Below, in pieces: positions 1-26,472 of a stretch of 64,000 bases of DNA. Position numbers and translations under genes: made by a program. The notes below the pieces were generated by a model. The model did no database searches. It saw only the letters and a list, made by a program, of their open reading frames with translations, and was not told the origin of the DNA. The first letter of the stretch is position 1. Every line of letters begins with the position of its first letter. This DNA is from Phoronis australis (taxonomy: Eukaryota; Animalia; Phoronida), in the NCBI GenBank assembly GCA_002633005.1, contig NMRA01000091.1:16275-80274 (forward strand), in the 5' to 3' direction.

Positions 1-375
1 TCATACATGCTAGTAAAATGCATTCAAACATGCCTACTTCGACGCCCAATTTTGTTGCAAAATGGAGGTACAGGTCATAAAAAGAAAAATAATGAATGAA
101 AATTCTTAAAAAGTGAGGTTTTTCTACTTCTCAACAAATCAAACTTATGTGCTAAGTTTCAAAAAAATCGGTGATTTTGGGTATAGACTCTACCTGTTGG
201 TTTTTACATGGAGTCACTCTTAATATCTGATACAAGTACGTAAAGGCATGTCACGCTCGACTATTGAAATGAAATATGAAATCCTGATTTGAGTTCCCAA
301 GGGCAGCAACTCATGCACTATTCTCTATCAAGCCAGCTCGTAAGCCTATTCTACTGCAAATATGCGTGCTCTTAC

Positions 376-3300
376 AGCTATTTTCCAGCATAGTGCTTTC
401 CTTAGGAACCGGTAGTAAGTCATCTGAGCCAGTCAGGAGCATCGACACAACTTCCCAAAGCCAATGTGTGCCTGTAAAACATAGCAGAAAGAACTGATTA
501 AGAAACACAATACCCTCACGACAATTATCAATAATTATACTTATAATTATAATTATTATTAATAGATACAGAGAACACGTCAAGCACAGAGACTTTTTAT
601 CGATAATTGTAATCGCATAGGCGATACCAATTGGGCAATTCCGTGAAAAGGTCAACCTAGAGACAAAAAATTAAAATTGAGACTACACTAACATTCTTGG
701 TCTCATCTGAAAGCCCATTCTCTCTAGTTTCAGCCCCCATAATTGACTGTCCTATAATTTTCATTTTTTCCCAAATGGACCCATTTTTGGGGGTCACCTG
801 ACCCTTAAAATTAGCTTGATTTTAATGTGAGTTGCTAATTATTGTCATAAAAAGTTAATTATGGGTATTTCACTATACTATCTAATTTGTGCAATCACAT
901 GAAACCCGAACTTTATAAAAAATAACATTTCAACTTTGACACATCATTGACCTCTCGGGGCCAAAGGTCAACTCCTGGATATCATGGTGCCGTACGTCCA
1001 TCACAAAAAGTGTTAAAAAATTTAGTTACTGTAATTTAAGTTTTCAATCAAATTGAAATAATTTCAGATTCTCTTTTAACTTGTTACTCAATACTATTGG
1101 CCAAAATTTAAGATCCCAGGGATAATTTGTTAAGCCAGATATTGCGTGACAGACGTACAGCAAAGTTGTACGTCCGTCACGTACGTCCGTCACACCCTTG
1201 AAATAAGAATTTTTCAGCAAATAAAAGTAACCTTAGGTCACATTTTTACTTTCTAAACTTGCAGAAGTTAAAATGTATCACACACCTCAGAAATTTAAAA
1301 CAATACAATATTACAAAGGCAGCTTTAAAATTTTGTAAATAAGTTGCTATAGATTTAAACTAAATGCATTGGAGCTTTTCAATTCAAAAGTATTTGTAGA
1401 AAAGTTATAGTTTGCAATGTCATCTAGTTAATCTTACTAGCATTCAACTTTTTAAAATCAGACAGTTGGCCTCCATTATAAAATGTAAATAAAACAAAAT
1501 GCTAATTTTATGAACTTGTTTATCTGTTGTTACTCCGTGTTTGTAAAGAAATGCTTTGCTTTTGGGAAATTCAAGATGCAAAAATCTTCATACAAAAGAA
1601 TTCCTAAGGTGCTCTAGAGTATAAATAACAAGAGACCTATAGAAATACATGTTAAGTTGCTACTGCGCTGGAATCAACATGTTATTTCTACTCTGACCTG
1701 CTATGCTGTGTTGGATGTTGAAAAAGCCTATACTAAGCATTTTTAAGCGGTAGGAAACTTTCACCTACTTTATTGAGCATTTTTGTCACAGCCTCACTGA
1801 TTGTGTTCACCCTTTTGTGTTTTTCAGTGTATTGCGTCATTGGGTGGCTTGTATGAAATGATTCAAAGCAAATTATTACATTGTCTCATCTTACGTATTT
1901 TTGATCCCTCAATCTTTTTAAGAATTAGACTATTTTTCTGTGCTGAGCTTCCAGGAGATTAAATCGGCGTTTAGAAAAAACAGGAAATTGTTGGAGACCA
2001 CCGAAAGAACAGATGCAACTGGGAGCAGAATAAATACCTGCCCGAATAATCTTTGAAACTCGAAAAAAATGCCATCGTGGATCAAGAAATTCATAATTGT
2101 ATTTGTGTGTGCTTTGATGTGACATTTAAAACAGCCTCTCCTTGAATTTGAAAAGAAGGCAAAGAACTGCATGAAAACCTAATCATGCTAATCACTAAAT
2201 AGAAACCAGCATCTGATAAATTAGTTCTACATATTCCTAAATCATAATCCTAAATGCAATTAATTAAAAAATGTCTTACTTTAACGAACAGCACAGGTGA
2301 TTTGAATATGAATGTCAAAAGTCGATGCTGTCTACTAAACCATGCTTCACACTTTGTTTTAAGAAGATACTGAAGTCCTGTTACTAATACTTTTTAAAAA
2401 TCCCATGATTATTACTTACATGGCATTCATCAGAACCATCAACGGCATGGTCCAGAGAATAATTTTATGCAAGCTTAGGGAGAGTTCGATTTTAAAAAAA
2501 CAATTGCTTAAAATGTGTTTTTATGACAAGGTTAGTAATGTATTAAAATTTTATTTCAGATTATATATTTTGACAGTCACATTTACAAATTCGTCTTGAA
2601 TTATTATTCTGTTTAACACATAAAAACAGGTTTTCCTGGTAACTAATAGATGTCAAATACAACATGATTATCACTTTCATTTCCATCTATATGGCTTACC
2701 ATCTTCAAAGGGAAGTGAGATTTTAGTTGGTTGTTTTATATCTTTAATCAAATGTATTAAAAATTAAAATCCTAGAGTATATTCCTAGCGTAGGCCTACC
2801 TGTGATGATTTCGTATGAAAGGTCAATCGGTACATTTTAATTAAAAACATTGAATTAGTAGCAAAAGACCAATATAACTTAAATACTGCAAAAGCTTGAA
2901 TCGCTTTAAGTTGATATCTTAGTCACAACAAACAATTTAATACTAGAAATTCAGACGGTACGTCCATCACGTACGTCCGTCACACTAACTCAACTTCTAT
3001 CGAGCTGTCTGACAAAATTACTTGAAAGATATCATCAAAAAATTAGTGTTGTGTACTTTGTAAAAATTCACTATATCATCATGTAAAACAAAAAAAAATA
3101 TATCTTAATGCAACTCACAGAAAATTCACTTTGAAAATCAAATTCTCTGCGTACGTCCGTCACACCCCTATAAAAGCAATTTTCTCAGTAAGATCAAAAG
3201 GTACATGTAGGGGAAAAGTTGACACATGCTTTGAAAGCTATCAGTGAGACCTATTAAGTGATGTATTAATTATTTTCCTAGGATGAACATTTTTTTCACA

Positions 3301-6300
3301 ACTGATCAAAATGTTCTGTGATTGTACGTCCGTCACAAATGGAATTGCCCGATTATAGATTTATCTATTGTAAACCGGGAGGATCCGGGTCTGCCTCTGA
3401 TGCCTAGGTGTTCAACTCTTCACAGCTTTGCCAACGAGTCCTCGATGGCGCGCTGGAACTACTGGACGTTGATTAATTGCCAGTTATCGACAAATCCGTG
3501 ATAAGACGTACATTTGTTGACCAGATTTGATGCTTTCCTTTGGGAACATGTATGATGAAGCCTTACAGCCAAAAGGGACATGTACGTTACCCAAAAACCT
3601 GGTCTTCAACTTTCAGATTGTCGCGCACCAGGAGGGTAGTAGTTGAAATTGCCTTCGGCGTGTAAGTCTCCACGCCTGCCTTCAGCAACAACTTACGAAG
3701 GGTTGCCGTCGTGATGGAGGTGTGTCCGACTCTACCCAAGTATTCGGACTTTGCAAGCCCTCAGGTCAATGACGTCGACCGGGGAAGGACGAAATTGGGA
3801 ATCATGCCAGAGCTCTGCTCCATAATCAAGTGACCATCTTTCCATCGTCTGCAGTATGAATATTCACCTGGACAGCCTCCCGTTCAGTAACGCTAGGACC
3901 TCGCTAAAAAGCAAGACCTTGCGAGATTACGTGAGATATTGCCTTGCATTTTAAATGAGAGCACGTGACTTTGACTAGGTTTTAGCTAGGTCCTAGCGTA
4001 GGTCCTAGCGTCTACTGAACGCACGCCTGGTTTCTTCGCTGCTCACTGCACGTGCTCACACGAGTCTTTCTGATATTGATGAACTGAAGATTTTTGCTCT
4101 TAGATTTTGGTTTACGTCAAGTTTGAACTGAAGTTACTTGATCTTAGATCTTGGTTTACGTCTAGTTTCTTGGTCAATAAGCCTATCATAGCTTGCTATT
4201 ACCCATAGGCGCTTGGGTTTATCGCAAATGACGTCACAATATATATATAAGGACGTCATTTGCGATAAACCCAAGCGCCTGTGCTATTACCCTGACTACT
4301 TGGTTGTGACGTCATGTGTATTGTCTATTTGCTAAGGCGACAATGCAAGATGAGAGTATGTGCTCCAAGCTGCACCACTTACCACAGAGAGAAGGCCTTG
4401 CGTCATCTGATACTTTCCAAAGAGGTTACATCGTACATTGTCCGCATAAGTGTCTTGTTCCACATGTCATTACACTTAACTTCTCAAAATGTTGTCTCGC
4501 TGTAAGAACTCTTATTACCCGCAAAGAAAACTTACCACGAAAGTGCACTTCGGTCACATGTATAGGCACACTTAGCAAAAATATTTTTTTGTTGAGCACT
4601 TAAGAGTTTTGCCGTTCGTGCTAAATCTTCTGAGCCCGGTGGCAGGTTTAAACTACCCAGAATCACGCGTGATCTTGTAACACAGACAGCTTACTGGTCA
4701 AGCATTCGGTATTGACTGGATTCTTCATTAATAAATAATTGTTTACAACACTTTCTACATCCTAAATCAAGAGGGACAATGCCGGTTTCTTAGGGTGCTT
4801 AGAGCTTAAGTTTCCATACTTACTAGATCTGGCTTAGCATATAACTATTAACCTCATGAAAAATGATTCCATGGAAGGATTTTCAACGTTGAGAAGGGCA
4901 CGGGCACCCCAAAAAATTTTCAGGCGACAGGGTTAAACCGTGGCTACCGACATAGGCGTAGGGCCGGGAACAGGTGAGAAACCAAAGACTGCGAAATACA
5001 AGAGAGAAAATTCAAGAGAACAATTAACAACTCTGTATCTGTGCATGGTTTACCTTTTGAGGACCCTGGCCATGACACTGTCGTTAGAGCAGTGGCGGAT
5101 TTATTGAGGGGCCAAGGGGCCATGGCCCCCTAAAATTCTCCCAGATTCCATTGGGCAGTTCAGGGGTGCGAATGTCTGACGGACAAAATCCTGACTAACA
5201 CTCTGCCCTGGCCCCTTAACTCAAAATCCTTGATCCGCCCCTGTGGGGTCTCCTCTTTTGGAGCACAGGCCGTCTAAACACACTTGAAAACGTGCACGTA
5301 ATCAATCATAGATATATTTTGAAAAATCGAGAAAATTTATAAAGCGAAGCTTTTGCGGAGTATACTAATTTACTGGATTTTTAAATTCAATAAGTCAATT
5401 TTGCGAATGCAAAACTATATTTTCCAGAGAACCATCTTTGGCAAGGGATAACGGAGACAACTTTTGCTCTATTTTTTCTCAAAATTGTATATCATTTTAG
5501 AAAAACTGATGACCTGACAGGTAACATCAAGTGCTACGCATTTCCTGATTTTTGAAAATATAGATAATTTCATATTTAAGGGTCTTCTTTTTGTGTTGAC
5601 AAATTCTTAAGGGGTCGCTCACGGAGAGAGGGGACAAAGATAGAATCGATTACCTCTATTTTCCTGTTTTTTTCTTAAATCGTGCAACCGGCTTTCATGT
5701 TGAAGGAGCTCACTCCCTGCATCGTTTTGGGACCACACGAAGGTGGAATGAACTGCCACTCTTTTTTCCAAGCTTAATGATGTTCAGCCTTTCATCTGAA
5801 GGTGCCCCATTTCAGACGGGACCCTCTCTCGGTGGAGTAGTTCGGGGGGATATCCCTTTGTGCCTTTAGACATGTAAATTCGTCACTGCCAAGTATTGAA
5901 GAGGGAAGTTGAGATTCCAAATTCGTCAAAAAATACAAATCATTGATGCACAGCACAGCACTATCCAGACCCAAACAACCAAAATTGTGAAAAAATACAA
6001 TAGGATTGACCGCCATAGAATGGTGGACTTCTGAAGAACGTAAAGTCCACTGTTTGTGAATTACACGCATTGACTATTTCCGATGGTTAGTTATAAAATA
6101 ATGTAACTGTTTCCCAGAGTATCACAAGAATAGTAACTGTTTTTTTCATGGTTACTATGAGCTGTTTGCAAGGAATTCCCAAATGTGGAAAACACTGCTG
6201 TCTAGGCTACATGTGATGACCGTGTACATGTCGAATGGGGGTACTCCAAGAACTCTCGCAATCATAAACAAAGATTTCAACGGTTTTATGACAGTGGAGT

Positions 6301-8342
6301 TCAAGCTTACATATACCTTGTGAACCGCTACAGGTACATGTACATGTACCTCTGAAATGAGCAAAAATACACCTTAATACGAATACCCCATCTCCCATAT
6401 TCCCCGGTTACCCATCAAAAGTCTGCGAGCATGCATTCGCGAATTGCTTAAAACATTCCGTTTTGATAAACAAATTCGCAGGTTTCTCATTTACTTGTTT
6501 ATGTATCTACGAAAAGCGATAGATGTTTTCTGACAATTAGAAGCTAATCTTGTAAGAATCGGTGATGTTTTCGTGAATTTATCTGCAGCCTGAAGTTGGA
6601 AAAACTCTATAATCAGATGCTCAAATAGTAAAGTAGACGATTGTGCATATCTAAAAAACTCTCAAAAACATTGATGAAATTCGGACTGACAAACCGTAGA
6701 TCTAAAAAACGTTTTGAAAAACCTTAAATAAATAAAATTAATCTCATTGCTTGGAAGGGATGAGCTTGAACTTTGTTGGCGTTTTTAGTTTCCAGTAGTA
6801 TTGAGCAATGAATTTTTGTTTTTCAAAACTGAATTGTTTGCTTGACCTGATTCCCGTGCACGCTATCACTGACGCACCCACCCTTAAAATAAGATGTAAC
6901 CATGCAGTAGGCCCGCACAAAATCTCAGTGATCCGCGGGAACTGAATTTGAATGCCAGGCGTTGAAGTGTGTAGATTTTTGGGACACACTCTATCATTTT
7001 CTCCAGCCACAAGAAATTGTACTATCGGTCGTGTTTCAAGAAGGGATTTTGAAACAGCCCCAAAGACACCATACCAAGGACCTCGGCACCTCACCTTTTC
7101 GAAAAAAAAAACTCCTTCAAAGTATGACCATAATAAAATAAAGTTTTCCCGAAACTGGGGCACAATAAAACGAATCTTGACCTGAGATCGAGCGCAGACG
7201 GTCAGTAGCGAGCTGCCTGTCTCAAGTGAATCATAGTTGACCTCATGACTAGCTTTAGTTAATCGAGAATTTCGTGTTTTCACAGTTAGATCTCAGTTAT
7301 AGCTAGTTGAGGCAGCTCCTCGCTACCGGTCAGTGTACTGGTTTTGGGCCCATTCTTATTCTGCGTGTTGATTCACGGTTACTCAACTCTTGATGACTGT
7401 CACAGGGGCGGCGGAACCAGGATTTTTAGTTGGAGGCAGAGTCTTAGCAAGGGTTGGCCCGTCAGAAATTCGCACCTCCTGCCCGTCAGACATTCGCACC
7501 CCCGAACTGACAAATGGAAACTGGGAGAATTTTAGAGGGGCCACGACCCCCTTGGCCCCCCTCCCCTAAATCTGCCACTGTGCCCTCTACCTAGGGCGGA
7601 CGTGGGAGATTCGGTACAAATACGGTGGCATCGGGAACACTGGAGGAGGGGGCGGGGGTGGCGTTGGTGGTTTCCAATGGGGGTTGGTTGCTTGGCGAAA
7701 TCGAAATGGTTTGTGCCCCCGAATAACTTTTAACTTGCAACGGGCCTGGTACAGTGACAGTGTTCTACTTCTGTTACAAAATAAGAACGTCGAAATCATC
7801 ACCTACTCAGTCAAGGAAATTCTTCGGATTTTATTGAGGTTGACAAACCCAGAAATTGTGTACTCCAACATAGCGCATACACTCGTTGACTCCGACTCAT
7901 TTGACATTAAATTCAAGGTCTAGGGTAGTGTTTTTTAAAAAATCTCTTCCCGTAACAATTCAACAATGTCAGCTAAACTGGAGTTTTATTATTAATATTG
8001 TGTGTTCGGATTCAATAATTGCTTACACCAATGTCACTGTGATGAAATGCAAACCACTAAAAACACTGCAAAATGCATGGGCTTGAACTGGCCAGTACAG
8101 CAGCTGATAAGACTTGACTTAGTAAGGGAGCAAATGAGGTCATTCCACTCATTCTTACCTGACTTTCCGTAGGCACACAGCCACACGTCATCTGCTCGTG
8201 GTTTAAAAAGTTTCATGTCGTCAAAAAGCTTGTCACACTCCTCCACGGTGTCGCGAAATGCGTGTAATTTGAGTCCATCTCGCACATAGCGGTTGCCACC
8301 CTTTCCCTCAGAGTCTCGCACGAATTTACCCTTCGAGGTCAT
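376..8342 (-). CDS. Cytosolic sulfotransferase (SULT1-like), first two coding exons; gene continues beyond the left edge of the window
   Basis: Exon 8342-8159 reads MTSKGKF...FKPRADDVWLCAYGKS-G with a GTAAG donor. It joins in phase to exon 471-376 (TTTACAG acceptor; G-THWLWEVVSMLLTGSDDLLPVPKESTMLENS; GTAAG donor). The join gives R-x-DD-V-x4-YGKSGTHW, the 5'-PSB PAPS-binding loop of cytosolic SULTs. Confidence 0.88.
633..3350. mobile_element. Non-autonomous DNA transposon, Sola-like, in SULT intron
   Basis: Terminal inverted repeat GGGCAATTCC (633) / GGAATTGCCC (3341-3350). Flanks AATT and GATT form a near 4-bp TSD. Subterminal motif GTACGTCCRTCAC occurs at about 991, 1146 (reverse), 1168 (x2), 2958 (x2), 3151 and 3324. 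No long ORF. Confidence 0.65.
3420..3870 (-). pseudogene. Degenerate coding relic, possibly a tyrosine-recombinase-like C-terminus
   Basis: GC-richer segment with a largely continuous frame LIMEQSSGMIPNFVLPRSTSLT*GLAKSEYLGRVGHTSITTATLRKLLLKAGVETYTPKAISTTTLLVRDNLKVEDQ, then a frameshifted VTYMS. Resemblance to the YR family is only by eye. Confidence 0.25.
3876..4030 (+). mobile_element. About 150-bp MITE family, copy 1 of 4
   Basis: Imperfect TIR GTTCAGTAACGCTAGGACC...GGTCCTAGCGTCTACTGAAC. Homologous copies at about 28111-28263, 37790-37947 and 37990-38143. Confidence 0.8.
4204..4283. mobile_element. 80-bp P-superfamily-type mini element (hairpin)
   Basis: 32-bp arms CA(T/C)AGGCGCTTGGGTTTATCGCAAATGACGTC (1 mismatch) around a 16-bp AT-rich spacer. 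Perfect 8-bp TSD CTATTACC at 4196-4203 and 4284-4291. Confidence 0.85.
5090..5243. mobile_element. CAG(T/G)GGCGG-terminated MITE (hAT-like)
   Basis: Ends CAGTGGCGGAT...GATCCGCCCCTG. Related copies at about 7403-7580 and 44677-44832, and a similar short element at 39161-39311. Confidence 0.6.
7403..7580. mobile_element. CAG(T/G)GGCGG-terminated MITE
   Basis: CAGGGGCGG...TCTGCCACTG. Internal sequence aligns by eye with 44677-44832 (gtcttagc, cccgaact, ttggcccccc). Confidence 0.6.
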
Positions 8343-9479
8343 ATTGTCGACTAAATTGGGTCGTGATTCCGTGAGCTGCGGAGGTGTGCACTATGTTGTG
8401 CGTGAACTTGGAATCTTGAGTGAACTTGGAATAAATTTCTATTCCAAGTTAACGCAAGTGATCTTTAGATTAAGCACGCGTTTGCGGCATCTAGTGTGCA
8501 GCGGTTAAGTAAAAGTTCTCCGTCAGTCGAATGGTGGACATGAATTCGTTTTTAGTGAATTATTGTTTCCGTTTTAATTATTTTTATTGCCCATTATGTA
8601 TGTTATTCTGCTCTTGTTAATTGTTTCCAAACGCGGCTTGACTGGGATGATTGGGTGGGTGACCGAGGGGCTGAAATGACTGGCAACCTGGGACCTTTGC
8701 AATGAAAAGGATTAACAGCTACGATACAATGAATGAGTTACTACTGTACAGTAGCTACTACTGGCTACTATACTACTAGTACCTACCGTACCGGGAGGGG
8801 TTTTGCATTGAACAGTGCGTACGGCCCCGTTATACCTTCCACCTCACCCCCCCCCCCCGTGTAGCCTATACGCCAGTGCTTAGAGCTCACAATTTGCTCG
8901 TAAGTGGTGGAAGTGTTTTAATTTTATATCTCACTTATGACATCGTCAATCGTTGCCAGAATGGCCTTAAGCACGGATCTATAATCTTTTTTTATCTGAT
9001 TAAGGAAGAAGTTCTGATAACACTTGTTGAGTAAAAATGTTATTTTTGACAAATAAAGTGGAAGTAATAATTTCATTTTTAAACGTGCAATTTAATGAAG
9101 TTTTCCATTGGTATGCTGTGTGATGTCATCAGGTCTAAATATTGATGACAATCAGTGTTGTTTTATGTTGTATTGTAATTTGGTGTTATGTTGGAAAAAA
9201 TAAAAAAAACTTAGAACTGTCCATGCAGATATTGTTGAAGCAAAGTCACATTCTTATTTTTAAATATCTTTAAAAACTATCCACCATTTTCGTTATAACA
9301 CACATCATCTCCAGAGATTGCGGTCCACCTGCACTAACATGGAGAACATGTTTTCTGTGACCCCCTGAACTTTCCAAAAGGTATTGGCCCTGGCTCGAGG
9401 ATTTCATTTTTGTAAAAATCAATCGCCGATATTTTCAGGGACAGAAACAATTGTACATAATATCCTGTAATCTTTCAGA

Positions 9480-10035
9480 GAATGCTTACTTCACAACATA
9501 GAATTATTCCAAGTTGAAGGAGTGGCGTGGCCTGCTTAAACGTGGCATTCGGAAGAAAATAACTGTTAGCGTGTTCAGTAAAGTCTCAGGATAAGAAAAA
9601 AGTTGTGTTTACAACATATTGTAACCAGTCAGAGAATGTTTGATTGTGACTTTTTGTAAAGCAAATATACAACCATTCAAAGTTTAAGCAAGGACGTGGA
9701 TTGCTTAAACTTGGAATTGGGTAGAAAACAAATGCGAAAATTCATTCAGAGGTGCTCCAAACGTAACCGAAAATGCATTTATGACATAATGTAACCGGTC
9801 AGAGAATGTTTGCTACATCACACGATTTTTTGTAAAGAAGAAATTCAATTATTCCAAGTTTAAGCCAGGGCGTGGCGTGCTTAAACTTGGAATTGGGTAC
9901 AAAAACTACGAAATGCATTCAGAGGTGTTTCAAAAGTAATAGAAAATGCATTCACTATGTATTGCAACCAGTTAGAGAATTTTAGTTCGTCACGTCATTT
10001 TTGTAAATCAGAAATTGAATTATTTCAAGTTTAAG
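9480..10035 (+). repeat. Diverged tandem repeat, about 170-175-bp unit, about 3 copies
   Basis: Recurring ATTCCAAGTT...CGTGG..TGCTTAAAC.TGG.ATT.GG...GTAACCAGTCAGAGAATGTTTG...TTTTTGTAAA, with unit starts near 9506, 9675, 9850 and 10021. Confidence 0.75.
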
Positions 10036-11005
10036 AGAGCCACAATTTCTGGGAATAGCATTTCAAGCATTTTTCATGACGATCCTTGGAAAGAACGCAA
10101 ACTGAACCGCGACTATTGTAATGTCAGTTGAATTGAATAAAATCAACCTTGTGTAGTACAGGAGAACGTCTGTGTACATACATGTATGTATTTATCGTAT
10201 AACGATTATTTACCCTGTATTGAGAACAACAGCTCCGAGGCATAGTTTTCCATGCATTTTTTCAGGACGATTCCCGGCAAGAACGCAAACTGACACGCTT
10301 CGGCACTCAGTAACAGTAGCATAGAATATGCACTTGAAAACTGCACTCGTCAGATATTGTCGCTCAACAGGAAATGTTTGTATGCATTATAGATGACTTT
10401 TATTCGCCGTTATTATGGAAACAAGAAAGTACGTGATCTAGTTTTTGGAATCAGGCACATTCTCATGTCTCTCATTAATGTTGGGAAGGCAAAGAATTTT
10501 AGATCACGCATCCACGGGTATTTTTCCAGTTTATAAAACTTTTTCACGCCGGTGTTGCAGCCCTTAACACAACACGTAATACTTCGTTAGCATACATGTA
10601 CATGTATGATTCTATCATTGGGGAACGATGTCAACTTTGGATAGATTTTGATTCGTTGCAGAATGATATAAATTTTGGATAGGTATAATTCTTTTAAGAA
10701 CTATATCATGACGTATTTCAACTTTTTCTTAAATTTCAGACAAGGGTTTCGTTGTGATTGAGCACTGAACAATTTTTTCAGTTTTGTAAATTTTGGTTGG
10801 TTGTTGAACGTAGGTGCTCAGAATGATGCTAGTGATCTTGTATATCAAACGACTGTTTGGTGTTTCACAAATCGGTAACTGTGTAACCATCAGGCAGCAC
10901 GACTTGATATTTATTCGTACAAATCATCATACTTCTCCATTTAATTTTGGCATATGCAGTCAGGAACAAGAATATTCAAAAGACTTCTTCCTCGGTCATT
11001 TTCTT

Positions 11006-25401
<14,396 letters not shown>

Positions 25402-25459
25402 CGCGTGTCTGCCCCGGCTTACGTTTGGAGCTTACAAACCCACAAGATGGACAGCCAGG

Positions 25460-25507
25460 TATTTAAAGGCTGGTCTGATACCTTATCGGTTCGGACAGAC
25501 GCTATCT
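25460..25507 (-). promoter_or_regulatory. Putative cellulase core promoter: TATA-like box plus clustered GATA sites
   Basis: TTTAAATA (minus strand) about 60 nt upstream of the ATG, with three GATA/TATC cores in 25476-25507. Function is inferred only. Confidence 0.35.
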
Positions 25508-25951
25508 ACCGAGTTTCGTGCGTGAGAAACACACTGAATAAACCAAGGGACAGGGGGTGCACACATGTTATGTCTTCATGTGAAAATTTGGAAAATGTCA
25601 CGTCAAGAGCATCAAATGTTACCTGTGCATACGCGTGTATTTTATATTATCTGTTTGCATTCAAAAGCGTCAAATTGGGAAGCTGAGAGAAGATTTAGTG
25701 ACTTACGGCAATGTGGGTGATGGTAACGGTTTGAGCTTTCCCAAAATCGAGTTACGGGTGCACCAAGGCATTGTGAAGTGCAATGGATAGTGACACCGAT
25801 GTTTATTATCCCGCTGTTACATAAAGCCAATGAACTCCAAACTTTGCTCAGACGACGATAATGTTCGCAAGACGTCATCAGCGAATTGACGGTTGTTATT
25901 ATGCATCTGTTAATAAATTGGTGATAAAATGACTCCTAACATCATAGCTAA

Positions 25952-26472
25952 CACAACTTTAGTAACGTCTCTCCAAACTGTAAATGTGGTGACCATCAGT
26001 CTTTTCCTCATATTTTCTTCAAATGTCATCGAGTACCTGAGAGACTCACTTTTTCGTGCACTCAATGAAAACCAATCAATTGTTAACGATCTCAAGTCTT
26101 GTAATAATATCCCTACTAGAGTTTCATTATTATTGAATGGTAGTCCTAACCTAGACCTCATTCTCAACGAATTCCTCATAAGCAACGTTAGTAAATTTTT
26201 ATGTACCGTTTATCAATATTGTTGCATCTGATTTCCATACATGAATCTGTACATATTTTTGTTTTTATACATTTGTAATAGCATATCTAAGTATTGGAAT
26301 ACTTATATTAGATACTACTTAATTGCATATACCTCTATGTATATTAGTTTCATTTATGAATTGTTTACAACCCAGATATGCTTCGCGGTTTCTGGGTTTG
26401 TTATTATTTCTTTGTACATGTATGTTCTGTGTATTCTTCAATAAATATATATCACTTTAAAAAAATCAAAAA
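25952..26472 (+). mobile_element. 5'-truncated LINE 3' end
   Basis: Encodes a CCHC knuckle (NCKCGDHQSFPHIFFKC) and a frameshifted LLNGSPNL...NVSKFL tail, then AATAAA and an A-rich end. 11-bp TSD ATCATAGCTAA at 25941-25951 and 26473-26483. Confidence 0.8.

Noticed and set aside
6744-7283. 179-aa minus-strand ORF in the SULT intron
   Set aside because: No motif, non-ATG start, and SULT exons 1 and 2 join without it.
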